From Candidatus Cloacimonadales bacterium (GTDB taxonomy: Bacteria; Cloacimonadota; Cloacimonadia; Cloacimonadales; JAFGVF01): a stretch of DNA of 64,000 nt. The stretch lies in assembly GCA_963678315.1 (NCBI GenBank), contig OY782781.1:1120001-1184000 (forward strand). The letters run 5' to 3'. The position numbers and the translations under genes are program-made. Below the pieces are notes generated by a model that was given only the letters and a program-made list of their open reading frames with translations, ran no database searches and was not told the DNA's origin. This document shows, one piece after another, positions 52,886 to 62,927 of the stretch (the first letter of the stretch is position 1; every line of letters begins with the position of its first letter).

Positions 52886-53845
52886 ATGCTTAAAACACAT
52901 TACTATCGTGAAGATAATGATTTCCAAGAGAAGATTAGTGAACTTCTCGGAAAACAACATAGAATAACTATAAGTAAAGACATACCTCAAGATACAGAAG
53001 TTCTTATCTTGGGGTATCCTTCTAAAGATAAACTAGATTCACTTCCTAAGCTAAAAGCTCTTGTCATTCCCTTTGCAGGAATACCTGCTTCTACCAAAGA
53101 ATTAATGAAGCAGTATCCAGATTTAAAAGTCTATAATATCCATCATAATCATAGAGTCGCTGCTGAAATGGTTATAGCTATGCTTCTAACAGGTGTTAAG
53201 CATATAATACCTGCTGATAAAGACTTTAGAAAGCATGATTGGAGTATTCGTTATGGAGAGAACCCTTCTCTGCTTTTATATCAAAAGAAAGCTCTAATTT
53301 GTGGTTATGGGCATATCGGTAAATTAGTTGCTGAATTCTTGAAGGTCTTCGGTGTGAAAGTTGATTATATTCGAAGGAATGAAAGAGACCCTAGCATTGG
53401 CTGTTACAAGCTAATAGATTTACCTGTGATAGTTGAAGAATATGATTTTGTAATTAATGTTCTTCCTGCTACTAGTGAAACTGAGAGTGTTTTCAATAAA
53501 CAAGTCTTCTCTAAAATGAAGAAATCTAGCTTCTTTGTTAATATTGGTCGAGCTTCTACTGTTGATGAACAAGCATTATATGATGTTCTCAAGAATAAGA
53601 AAATACTTGGGGCTGCTCTTGATGTATGGTATAATTACCCTAAAACAATAGAAGAGAGAAGCAATACCAAACCGACTAACCTTCCTTTTCATGAACTAGA
53701 TAATTTGATTATGAGTCCACACCGAGGAGGAGGACTTGGTATGCAGGAAAACGAAACATTTAGATTGCAAGAATTGGCAGACTTGCTTCAGAAGATAGAA
53801 AAAGGTGATCAGGTAAGAGCAATAAACTTAGAGCTTGGATATTAA
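52886..53845 (+). CDS. D-isomer-specific 2-hydroxyacid dehydrogenase family protein
   Basis: ICGYGHIG, FVNIGRA..VDE, GAALDVW, MSPHRGG. Confidence 0.88.
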   Translation: MLKTHYYREDNDFQEKISELLGKQHRITISKDIPQDTEVLILGYPSKDKLDSLPKLKALVIPFAGIPASTKELMKQYPDLKVYNIHHNHRVAAEMVIAMLLTGVKHIIPADKDFRKHDWSIRYGENPSLLLYQKKALICGYGHIGKLVAEFLKVFGVKVDYIRRNERDPSIGCYKLIDLPVIVEEYDFVINVLPATSETESVFNKQVFSKMKKSSFFVNIGRASTVDEQALYDVLKNKKILGAALDVWYNYPKTIEERSNTKPTNLPFHELDNLIMSPHRGGGLGMQENETFRLQELADLLQKIEKGDQVRAINLELGY

Positions 53846-54016
53846 ATAATCAAGTTTATAAAAAAATATATTTACACAATTAATTAAAGTATCACAATTT
53901 ACATGATTTAGAATTATCTCTAATTCAAAAAAGGAACATTTGCAAGTAATGTTGATATTATTCAACTATAACTTCCATATTGTTAATGAGCTTATAATGG
54001 CAGAGGTTAGAACATT

Positions 54017-56155
54017 ATGGTTAGAAAAACTTTAAAGAGATTTTATATTTATATCATTTCATGGATATTGCTAAGTATTATTCTAATAGTTGTAAATCAA
54101 TCTTCCTTTATAAAAGAGGTTGAGAATAGGACTCTAGATTATAGATTTAGTAATTATTCCTTAGCTGAACAAGCTGATACAAATATTGTCTTGATTTCTA
54201 TAGACGATCAAAGCTTGAGGTATGCTAATGAAAAGGGCGTATTTTGGCCTTGGCCTAGAGAGTTTTATGCTTTAGCAACTAACTACTTAAGTAATTGTGG
54301 TGCAGAACAAGTTATATTTGATATTCAGTTTAATGAGCCGGATTATAATAGGGGAGATATTGATTCTGAAGCTAGTGATAACTATTTTGCCAACGTAATA
54401 AAGAACAGTGGAAATGTTATATTATCTAGTCAAGCTCTATTAGGAGAAAGTAAGATAGATGTTGAAACAGGAATTAATACCCTCAATATTGAAGGTATTA
54501 ATATTCCTTTAACAGATAACTTTAACCAGTTGAGCCTTCCTATAAAGAAATTCAGAGAGAATTCTTTGGGGGTTGGAATTATTAACATTTCACCAGATGA
54601 TGATGGTGTTGTGAGAAGAGTTCCTTTATTCTACAAAATTAATGGCCAATATTACCCGCAGTTAGCTTTTCTATCATTTCTAAAATCTTCACAGAATAAT
54701 ACATTGCAATACAAACATCAAAGCATTGCTACTGACAAAATAGATATACCAATTCTGCATGAACAAGATTATCTGATTAATTGGTATGGAAATGGTGGAG
54801 TAGAAGGTGTTTTTAAATATATCCCATATAGCAATCTTATTCAGTCTGCTGTTGCAACTTCAAGCGATAAGGAAGCTGTTCTTAATCCTGAATTGTTTAA
54901 AGGTAAGACAGTAATTATTGGAGCAACAGCTCCAGGACTCTTTGACTTGAAGACCTCACCAGTTACAAAGGTCTTGCCTGGTATGGAGATTTGGGCAACA
55001 ATCATAAGTAACTTGCGCAATGGTCATTTCATTAAAACGGTTCCAGGTCATCTTGTTAATATCTCAATAATATTATTAGTTGCACTCACTATAATTTCTT
55101 TATTGCATCAAAGAGCTGTAATTTCTCACTTATTCTTGTTGATTGAGATTGTTGTTGTAAATATGCTTATAATTGGTTTGTGGACCCATTATAGGTATTT
55201 ATTGCCATGGGTAATCTATATTATTACAATTGTTTTAACTTATCTGACTGTCTTATTAGTAAAATACCTAGCTGAAGGTAGAGACAAGCAGAAACTGAAA
55301 AAGATATTTACAAGATATATTCACCCTGACCTGGTTAACATTCTCATTAATAATTCAAAAGACTTCGAGTTAGGTGGTAAGGAAGTAGAAGCGACTATTC
55401 TCTTTACGGATATTTATGATTTTACTACTTATTCAGAAAATAAAACTCCTAAAGAACTTGTTACTGAGCTTAACAAATATTTCGAAACTATTACAGATAT
55501 TATCTTGAAGAATCAAGGTATGTTAGATAAGTTTACTGGTGATGGACTAATGGCTCTTTTTGGCTCTCCTTTAATAAGCCTTGATCATGCTTATCTGGCA
55601 TGTAAAGTTGCTTTAGAACACCGTTCTTATACAGAGAGTTTGAGCCCTGATGATGATGGCTATTATTTCAATAAAATGACAAGGATTGGTATTAATAGTG
55701 GTCTTGTTGTGGTAGGGAACATTGGTTCTTCAAAGCGAACAGATTACACTGCTATTGGCGATGCAGTAAACTTATCAGCAAGAATAGAAGGCGTTAACAA
55801 GCTATTTAAAACTTCTATCATTATTGGAGAATCCACTCAGAAGCTGATAAAAGATAGGTTTATATGTCGTGAATTAGATGTTCTGAAAGTTAAAGGTAAG
55901 AATGAGCCTACAAAGATATTTGAACTTATTGACGAGCTTGGTAAGAAAGATAAAGATGAACTTATTGCAAGCTATGAAGAAGCTTTAATGTTGTATAAGC
56001 AAGGACATTTCTTGCAGGCTAAGAATAAATTTGAAGATTTATATAATAGTAAATATAGTGATTATCCTTCACAGGTAATGGCAAGTAGATGCCAGTTTTT
56101 AATAGATAATCCTCCTAAAAATTGGGAAGGAATATTCACTCTAAAAGTTAAATAG
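54017..56155 (+). CDS. CHASE2-domain class III adenylate/guanylate cyclase
   Basis: WPWPR, D.DGVVRRVP (CHASE2); three TM helices; LFTDIYDFT, DKFTGDGLMALFG, YTAIGDAVNLSARIE. Confidence 0.93.
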   Translation: MVRKTLKRFYIYIISWILLSIILIVVNQSSFIKEVENRTLDYRFSNYSLAEQADTNIVLISIDDQSLRYANEKGVFWPWPREFYALATNYLSNCGAEQVIFDIQFNEPDYNRGDIDSEASDNYFANVIKNSGNVILSSQALLGESKIDVETGINTLNIEGINIPLTDNFNQLSLPIKKFRENSLGVGIINISPDDDGVVRRVPLFYKINGQYYPQLAFLSFLKSSQNNTLQYKHQSIATDKIDIPILHEQDYLINWYGNGGVEGVFKYIPYSNLIQSAVATSSDKEAVLNPELFKGKTVIIGATAPGLFDLKTSPVTKVLPGMEIWATIISNLRNGHFIKTVPGHLVNISIILLVALTIISLLHQRAVISHLFLLIEIVVVNMLIIGLWTHYRYLLPWVIYIITIVLTYLTVLLVKYLAEGRDKQKLKKIFTRYIHPDLVNILINNSKDFELGGKEVEATILFTDIYDFTTYSENKTPKELVTELNKYFETITDIILKNQGMLDKFTGDGLMALFGSPLISLDHAYLACKVALEHRSYTESLSPDDDGYYFNKMTRIGINSGLVVVGNIGSSKRTDYTAIGDAVNLSARIEGVNKLFKTSIIIGESTQKLIKDRFICRELDVLKVKGKNEPTKIFELIDELGKKDKDELIASYEEALMLYKQGHFLQAKNKFEDLYNSKYSDYPSQVMASRCQFLIDNPPKNWEGIFTLKVK

Positions 56156-56163
56156 GAGTAATT

Positions 56164-57405
56164 ATGAGGTTCTTGTTATTGTTGTTTTGTTTGTTATGTT
56201 TTGTATTGGTTTCTGCAGAAACATTAGATATAAAAAGGGATAAAACCCCTCTACGAGAAGGAGCTGGATCTTGGTATGAAGTAATCGAGTTAATTCAGAA
56301 AGGTGAGCGAGTTGAAACTGTTGCTTACTCAGATGATAATCAGATTACTAATCAGTGGTTAAAAGTTAAGTACAATTCTAAAGTTGGTTTTATTTCTGTT
56401 ATATCAACCAAAGAACTTAAGCCTAAAAAAGACATTTTTTCTAATTTTGCTGAGGGTAAGCCATCTACTATTGCGACTAAGCATGGTGTTTCAGCTGGTG
56501 TAAAAGGATTTGGAGAAAGATTCTGTTCTACATTTAAAGTTAGCCCAAAATTCATTGAGTATGCTCAAAGCTATAATATAAATCCTAGAGACTATAAAAA
56601 GTTTAAACTAGACACTTACAAAGGCTTTTGGATACGTAAGAATAGGAAGAAAGTTGATTTAGGTGATAAATTTCATGAAGAATATTTCACAGAGTCAGAA
56701 CGAGGATTAGGTTTAGGTATTGCATCTGTTATATCTCAGCAAGGATTAGTTAAAAACAAAAAGCTTCAAGATTACGTTAATTTTGTGGGATTACAGCTTG
56801 TCGAAGCTTTTGATTTAAGTGAGATAGAATTCAAGTTCTTTATATTGGATATTGATAATCCTAACGCTTATGCAACTACAGGAGGAGTAGTCTTTATTAC
56901 TAAAGGAATGCTTAACTTATGCCAAAATGAAGCAGAATTATCTCTGATTCTCGCTCATGAAATAGCACATGTTGCCTATAATCATGGTATGCAAGAAACT
57001 CTAGCAAGAAAAACAGATATATTAGCTGATTCTAGCTTTGATGAATTAGACAAGGAATTTGGGAACTCAACTAGTCGTTATAAAGACCTAGAAGCAGAAC
57101 TTGAAGAAGATGCCTTTAAAATATATGAAACCTTGATTCATGGTAGATTAGATGCCTATGAGTTAGAAGCTGATCAGATGGCGATATTAGTTACTGCTCG
57201 TGCTGGATATAATGCTAATTTAATGCCGAAAGTTCTTGACAGACTAATCAATAATAGCGTAAAATCAAATAATGAGCACTACCGACCTGATATTCTTGTT
57301 ACACGCAAAAAGCAAGTAGAAAAGTTCTTGAAAAGTAGACCTTTACCTAGTAACCTAATGATTCATCAAGAAAGATTTGATAAATTTATACAATTACTAG
57401 ACTAA
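56164..57405 (+). CDS. SH3-like plus M48 family zinc metallopeptidase
   Basis: Signal peptide; LREGAG...WLKV...GFI (SH3b); NAYA..GG..FIT.G, LAHEIAH, E.EAD. Confidence 0.85.
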   Translation: MRFLLLLFCLLCFVLVSAETLDIKRDKTPLREGAGSWYEVIELIQKGERVETVAYSDDNQITNQWLKVKYNSKVGFISVISTKELKPKKDIFSNFAEGKPSTIATKHGVSAGVKGFGERFCSTFKVSPKFIEYAQSYNINPRDYKKFKLDTYKGFWIRKNRKKVDLGDKFHEEYFTESERGLGLGIASVISQQGLVKNKKLQDYVNFVGLQLVEAFDLSEIEFKFFILDIDNPNAYATTGGVVFITKGMLNLCQNEAELSLILAHEIAHVAYNHGMQETLARKTDILADSSFDELDKEFGNSTSRYKDLEAELEEDAFKIYETLIHGRLDAYELEADQMAILVTARAGYNANLMPKVLDRLINNSVKSNNEHYRPDILVTRKKQVEKFLKSRPLPSNLMIHQERFDKFIQLLD

Positions 57406-57471
57406 TGGTTATATAAAGAATGGATTCATTATTAGGAGGAAGTGATATAGATTAATTAAAAAAGGACTCTT

Positions 57472-58662
57472 ATGAATAGAATAATGATATTTATCGCTTT
57501 GTTAAGTTTGTGTGCAATCTTACAATCACAAAGCCTCGCTGATATGAACTTTGGAGATTCAGCTTCTTTGGATATAATGACATGGAATATAGAATGGTTT
57601 CCTAAAAATGGTCAGACTACAGTTGATTCCGTAGCAACAGTCTTAGAAGCTCTAGATATGGATATTTATGCTATTCAGGAAGTGGATGATACACTCGCAT
57701 TTAGGGAAATGGTTAATGAGCTAGATGATTATTCTTGCTTCTTTGAATCAAGTTATTTTGCAGGTCTTGCTTATATCTATAAGACAGATGAAATACAGAT
57801 TCATTATATTGAAGAAATATATACTTCTTACCCTTATTGGAGACCTTTCCCACGTTCTCCAGTAGTAATGAAATTTCTCTACAATGGTCAGATTTTCTAT
57901 GTGATGAACAATCATTTCAAGGCAATGGGGGATGGACATTTAAACCTAAGTGATGAATGGGATGAAGAGACCAGGCGTTATGATGCTAGTCTTCTTATCA
58001 AAGAGTATATAGATGATGATTTACCTAATGCTAATGTGATAGTATTAGGTGATTTAAATGATATTCTTACTGATGAAGAAGATGATAATGTTTTCCAATG
58101 TTTTTTGGATGATGAAGAGAATTACCTCTTTGCAGATTACGAAATAGCTACTAGCTCTAGTTCAGAATGGTCCTATCCAGGTTGGCCTTCTCATCTGGAC
58201 CATATACTTGTAACTAACGAGGTTTTTACTCCCAACAGTAATGTAATTACTCAAACCCAAACATTGAAGATTTATGAGTATATGCAAAGCTTTTCTCAAT
58301 ATGACTCCTACATTTCAGATCATTTACCTGTAGCAATTAAGATAATTGCTGCTACAGATAACGATGATTCTCAAGTTTGTACTAACGCTTCTTTCAATCT
58401 AACAAACTATCCAAATCCATTCAATCCTGAAACTACAATATCCTTTAATAATCCTAGTTCTGGTCATGTTAAGTTGACTATTTTCAACATTAAGGGGCAA
58501 GTTCTTGCAACAATTATCAATAGCAAGCTAGCTAAGGGACAACATAATTTTGTTTGGAATGGAAAGGATAGCAATGGGAATCAAGTTTCATCAAATATCT
58601 ACTTTGCAAAAGTTGAAAGTAAGGACGCTTCAGAGATTCATAAAATAATATTATTAAAATAA
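57472..58662 (+). CDS. Secreted endonuclease/exonuclease/phosphatase-family protein with T9SS-type C-terminal domain
   Basis: TWNIE, AIQEV, GDLND, LDHI, SDHLPV; C-terminal NYPNPFNPETTI...KIILLK. Confidence 0.9.
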   Translation: MNRIMIFIALLSLCAILQSQSLADMNFGDSASLDIMTWNIEWFPKNGQTTVDSVATVLEALDMDIYAIQEVDDTLAFREMVNELDDYSCFFESSYFAGLAYIYKTDEIQIHYIEEIYTSYPYWRPFPRSPVVMKFLYNGQIFYVMNNHFKAMGDGHLNLSDEWDEETRRYDASLLIKEYIDDDLPNANVIVLGDLNDILTDEEDDNVFQCFLDDEENYLFADYEIATSSSSEWSYPGWPSHLDHILVTNEVFTPNSNVITQTQTLKIYEYMQSFSQYDSYISDHLPVAIKIIAATDNDDSQVCTNASFNLTNYPNPFNPETTISFNNPSSGHVKLTIFNIKGQVLATIINSKLAKGQHNFVWNGKDSNGNQVSSNIYFAKVESKDASEIHKIILLK

Positions 58663-58895
58663 GATTACTTAAGAATATTTGCTTTTGAGAGGATATATTA
58701 TAAAGACATTCTTATTTGCTAAAGCATATATTTATAAATGATTATTCTCAACGGGGAATGTTGAGTAATTTAGCTTTGTAATCAATGAAATTTATTTAAG
58801 AAGAACTTAAATTCAGTCTTAATTGAGTTTTTTATTGACAATAAGCAAAATTAACTTTATATTATTTATATAAAAAAACTAATTAGGAGGAAATT

Positions 58896-59276
58896 ATGAC
58901 AAAATTAAGAGAAATATACCATTGCCCTAAATGTGGTAACGTGGTTGAATTAGTATATCCTGGTGCTCCAGCACTTGTTTGCTGTGGAGAACCAATGAAT
59001 TTATTAGAAGGTAAAACAGCAGATTCTGCAACTGAAAAGCATGTTCCTGTTGTTGAAGAAAAAGACGGCGGTGTATTAGTAACAGTTGGTTCAACTCTTC
59101 ACCCTATGACTGAAGAACATCACATAGCTTTTATTGAAGTATTAACAAAAGATATGGTTTATAGAGCTGAATTAGATAAAACTGGTGAACCAAAGGCATT
59201 CTTCAATGTTAAGAAAGCTGACGTAATTGAAGTAAGAGAATACTGTAACCTTCATGGTTTATGGAAAAAACTATAA
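58896..59276 (+). CDS. dfx: Desulfoferrodoxin (superoxide reductase)
   Basis: CPKCGN...CCG, EKHVP, HPM..EHHI, YCNLHGLW. Confidence 0.95.
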   Translation: MTKLREIYHCPKCGNVVELVYPGAPALVCCGEPMNLLEGKTADSATEKHVPVVEEKDGGVLVTVGSTLHPMTEEHHIAFIEVLTKDMVYRAELDKTGEPKAFFNVKKADVIEVREYCNLHGLWKKL

Positions 59277-59291
59277 AAAAGAGGTAAAATA

Positions 59292-59882
59292 ATGAGTTTA
59301 AAAGGTACAAAAACTGCAGAAAATTTGATGAAAGCATTTGCTGGTGAATCACAAGCTAAAAATAGATACACTTATGCTGCTAAAACAGCTAAAAAAGAAG
59401 GTTTTGAACAAATTTCAGCTCTCTTTATGGAAACAGCATTAAATGAAGAAGAACATGCTAAATTATTTATGAAACACATGGTTAATAATGGTCTTGAAGG
59501 TCAAGCAATTGAAATCACTGCTGCTTACCCTGCAGCTTGGGCTCAAAAAGATACATTACAAAATTTACAATACGCTGCTGATGGCGAACATGAAGAATGG
59601 GATGAATTATATCCTGAATTCGCTAAAGTTGCTGATGAAGAAGGTTTCTCAGCTATTGCAGCAACTTTCAGACTTATTGCAAAGATTGAAAAACATCATG
59701 AAGAAAGATACAGAAAACTATTCAATGCTGTTAAAGCTCATGAAATGTTTAAAAAAGATGGTAAAGTATTCTGGAAATGCAGAAAATGTGGACATATTCA
59801 TGAAGGTCTTGAAGCTCCTGAAAAATGCCCTACATGTGCACATCCACAAGGATACTTTGAAGTTTTGTGTGAAAACTATTAA
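59292..59882 (+). CDS. rbr: Rubrerythrin
   Basis: [30 protein letters not shown]...CPTC. Confidence 0.95.
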   Translation: MSLKGTKTAENLMKAFAGESQAKNRYTYAAKTAKKEGFEQISALFMETALNEEEHAKLFMKHMVNNGLEGQAIEITAAYPAAWAQKDTLQNLQYAADGEHEEWDELYPEFAKVADEEGFSAIAATFRLIAKIEKHHEERYRKLFNAVKAHEMFKKDGKVFWKCRKCGHIHEGLEAPEKCPTCAHPQGYFEVLCENY

Positions 59883-59903
59883 TTGATAACTGAGGAGTTA
59901 TTT

Positions 59904-60044
59904 ATGAGTAAGTATCAATGTTTAGCTTGTGGATATATATACGACCCAGCAGAACACAATAATGTTGCTTTCGAAGACTTACCTGAAGACTACATCTGTC
60001 CAGAATGTGGTGTTGGTAAGGATATGTTCGAAGTAGTTGATTAA
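59904..60044 (+). CDS. Rubredoxin (46 aa; absent from the ORF track)
   Basis: SD GAGGAG; translation [46 protein letters not shown]. Confidence 0.93.
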   Translation: MSKYQCLACGYIYDPAEHNNVAFEDLPEDYICPECGVGKDMFEVVD

Positions 60045-60049
60045 TATTA

Positions 60050-60076
60050 AAAAAGGAGCGCTTAGCTCCTTTTTTT
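60050..60076 (+). terminator. Intrinsic terminator
   Basis: AAAAGGAGC-GCTTA-GCTCCTTTT plus T run. Confidence 0.8.
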
Positions 60077-60173
60077 CCTTTTTTAAGAATTTGATATAAG
60101 CCTATAAAATATATTATACTTCTTAAAAAAATATAAATGAGTATTGTCTTACTCATTCTTTAATGGAGTTAAA

Positions 60174-60626
60174 ATGACAAAAGAAGAATTTAATAAAATT
60201 ATTGATTTCGCTATCTTAAGAGAACAAGAAGCAGTGGACTTTTATGTAGAATTACAAAATCATGCTAAGTTCAAAGACCAAGCACAGATGATGAAAGACT
60301 TTGAGAACATGGAAAGAGGACATATTATTGTACTTAAAAATCTTAAAGAAAAGGGTAAAGTGTTCGTTGATGAAAGTAAAGCAACGTCTATGAAAATTAG
60401 CAATTATGTTATAGCTGATTATGATAAAGATGATTTAACTTATGAGAATATCATTCTAATTGGCATCAAGAGAGAAGAAAGAGCATATAAACTCTACAAA
60501 GATCTAGCCAATAACTTCGATGATGAAGATGTGAAAAAAGCATTTAATCACCTTGCAAGCCAAGAAATTGGCCATAGAAATTTATTCTCTGATTTATATG
60601 ATAAGCATGTTTTAAAAGATAACTAA
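60174..60626 (+). CDS. Ferritin-like/rubrerythrin-family diiron protein
   Basis: Start MTKEEF after GGAG; E..A..FY...E..H twice. Confidence 0.85.
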   Translation: MTKEEFNKIIDFAILREQEAVDFYVELQNHAKFKDQAQMMKDFENMERGHIIVLKNLKEKGKVFVDESKATSMKISNYVIADYDKDDLTYENIILIGIKREERAYKLYKDLANNFDDEDVKKAFNHLASQEIGHRNLFSDLYDKHVLKDN

Positions 60627-60656
60627 ATTCTGCTATAAAACTAAAGATATACTTTT

Positions 60657-60687
60657 GGGCTACTTTTTTTGAGGTAGCCTTTTTTTT
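60657..60687 (+). terminator. Intrinsic terminator
   Basis: GGCTACTTT/GAGGTAGCC plus T run. Confidence 0.7.
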
Positions 60688-60732
60688 GTTGTAATTAAAG
60701 GAATTATTGTCTTACTTAACTTCTGCATTAAG

Positions 60733-61088
60733 GGCCTCCTTGAAAAACTGGCCTTTTTTCAAGGTGGCAAGTAAGGATGGAGTTAGGAGTGAGTTACTGG
60801 GAACACTCGGCTGCTAGCCGGCTGGCACTGGGATAGCCAGCCTACACTGGGAACGCTGGCTGCTAGCCGGCTGGCACTGGGATCGCCAGCCTACACTGGG
60901 AACGCTGGCTGCTAGCCGGCTTCACTTAGAACGTAGTGATAAGTGAATTTGTAGAGACGTTTTGAAAACATCTCAGAAAAGGGAGTGTAAGCATCCACCG
61001 AAGGTTGAACGAAGTTCATGCTTACGCAAAAACTTTCATTGTCCTGAAAGGACATATCAGCTCAGAGCCCATGATTTCAATCGTGGGT
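60733..61088. repeat. Composite REP-like cluster
   Basis: Family D, ~49-nt tandem ACTGGGAACGCTGGCTGCTAGCCGGCTGGCACTGGGAT(A/C)GCCAGCCTAC (60797-60921), GTAG-type (60951), family A (60982-61027), family C (61040-61088). Confidence 0.85.
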
Positions 61089-61488
61089 CAATAAAATATG
61101 ACAATTAGCTAGAAACTTGCTCCCCAGAAGAATCTTGAAAAAGCAAGATTTCTTTAACCTAAAAGCGTCATCTGAGATAATAAGGGTTTTTTATTAGAAA
61201 TTGCAGGGAAAAATAAATTTTATTGAATATGTTAGACTGTTCTTATATTGGTAAGCACTAGTAAGAATAGCACGAAATTTAGCCATAATATAATAAGAAC
61301 CGAAGCTGTAACTAGTTACAGACATGTTTATGGTCTGATAGAATAATTCTATGAAGAGAAGAATATTATTCTTTCAGGATAAAGTTAGTAAAATCTATTT
61401 TACATATTTTGCAAATAACACTTGACTAATAAGAATTATTAATTATTATATGAGAAATTATTAAATATGTATCAGAATTGGAGGAAAA

Positions 61489-62841
61489 ATGTTAAAAACT
61501 GATGTATTAGTATTAGGAAGTAGTGCAGGTGGAATGGTTGCAGCTCTCACAGGAAAGAAAATGAATCCAGATAAAAAATTCACAGTAGTAACAATTAATG
61601 AGAAGACACTTGTTCCTTGTGGTATCCCTTATGTCTTTGGTTCAGTAGGAACAACAGACAAAAATCTTATCCCAATTGACCAAAAGTTTGCTGGGGCAGG
61701 GGTTGAATTATTATATGATGAAGCTCTTGATATTATTAAAGAAAAGAAAGAAGTCACTTTAAGAAAAGGTGGAACTATTTCTTATGATAAACTAGTAATA
61801 GCCACTGGTTCTTACCCATACAAACCATTATGGTTAAAAGGTTCTGATTTTGACAATGTCTATGCAGTTCCAAAGAATAAAATATATGTTGATGCTATGC
61901 AAAAGAAACTAGCTGATGCTAAGAAAGTAATTGTTATTGGTGCTGGTTTTATCGGTGTTGAAGTTTCTGATGAGTTAAAGAAAGCAGGGAAAGACGTTCT
62001 TTTACTTGAAAGACTTCCAAATATATTAGCCTTAGCATTTGATGAAGATGTTTCAGTTAGAGCAAAAGAAATTCTTTTAAATAATGGCGTGAAAGTCCAA
62101 ACAAGTACAACAGTTAAAGAAATTATTGGTGATGATAAGGCTAGTGGTGTTTTATTAGATACAGGTGAAACAATTGAAGCGGATGCAATAATTCTTTCAA
62201 TGGGATATAAGCCTAACTCTCAACTTGCTAATAGAGCAGGTTTGAAGCTTAATGATGCAGGTTTTATTCAAGTTGATGAATACATGAGAACAAGTTATAA
62301 TGACATCTTTGCAGTAGGCGATTGTGCTTCAAAGGTACACTTTGTATCAGGTAAACCAGCCCCAATTATGTTAGCATCGGTTGCATGTGCTGAAGCAAGA
62401 ATAGCTGGACTTAATCTTTTCGGTATTGCAGCTGTAAAGACTTTCAGTGGAACTATATCAATCTTCGCTACTGCTCTAGCAGGTACAGGATTTGGAGTGG
62501 CTGGTCTTACAGAAAACGAAGCAAAAGAGATTGGTATAAATTATGTAACAGGATCTTTTGAAGGATTAGATAGACATCCTGGTGCATTACCTGATTCACA
62601 TAAGCAGTTTGTAAAATTTATTGTAGCAAAAGAATCAGGTGTGATACTTGGTGGTGAAGTAATTGGTGGTTTATCAACAGGTGAACTTATCAATACTATT
62701 GGTATCATGATTCAAAATAGAATGAATATTAATAGCTTGTTGACAGCACAAATTGGTTCACACCCTTTATTAACAGCATCTCCAGCTGGTTTCCCTATGA
62801 TAAAAGCTGCTGAAGAAGCAGTTTTCAATATGAGAAAATAG
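61489..62841 (+). CDS. FAD-dependent pyridine nucleotide-disulfide oxidoreductase (NADH oxidase/CoA-disulfide reductase family)
   Basis: CGIPY redox Cys, IATGS, VIGAGFIG.E, FAVGDC, C-terminal dimerisation domain. Confidence 0.9.
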   Translation: MLKTDVLVLGSSAGGMVAALTGKKMNPDKKFTVVTINEKTLVPCGIPYVFGSVGTTDKNLIPIDQKFAGAGVELLYDEALDIIKEKKEVTLRKGGTISYDKLVIATGSYPYKPLWLKGSDFDNVYAVPKNKIYVDAMQKKLADAKKVIVIGAGFIGVEVSDELKKAGKDVLLLERLPNILALAFDEDVSVRAKEILLNNGVKVQTSTTVKEIIGDDKASGVLLDTGETIEADAIILSMGYKPNSQLANRAGLKLNDAGFIQVDEYMRTSYNDIFAVGDCASKVHFVSGKPAPIMLASVACAEARIAGLNLFGIAAVKTFSGTISIFATALAGTGFGVAGLTENEAKEIGINYVTGSFEGLDRHPGALPDSHKQFVKFIVAKESGVILGGEVIGGLSTGELINTIGIMIQNRMNINSLLTAQIGSHPLLTASPAGFPMIKAAEEAVFNMRK

Positions 62842-62867
62842 CAGTTGATTTAGAGTGAAAATATACA

Positions 62868-62910
62868 AAAGCCGAAAGTAAAGTTTAAACTATACTCTCG
62901 GCTTATTTAT
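62868..62910. terminator. Probable bidirectional terminator between convergent genes
   Basis: AAGCCGA...TCGGCTT imperfect stem. Confidence 0.5.
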
Positions 62911-62927
62911 TTGTGTTAAGTTATTGT

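Noticed and set aside
59902..60156. Minus-strand 84-aa ORF
   Set aside because: Antisense to the rubredoxin gene and its terminator
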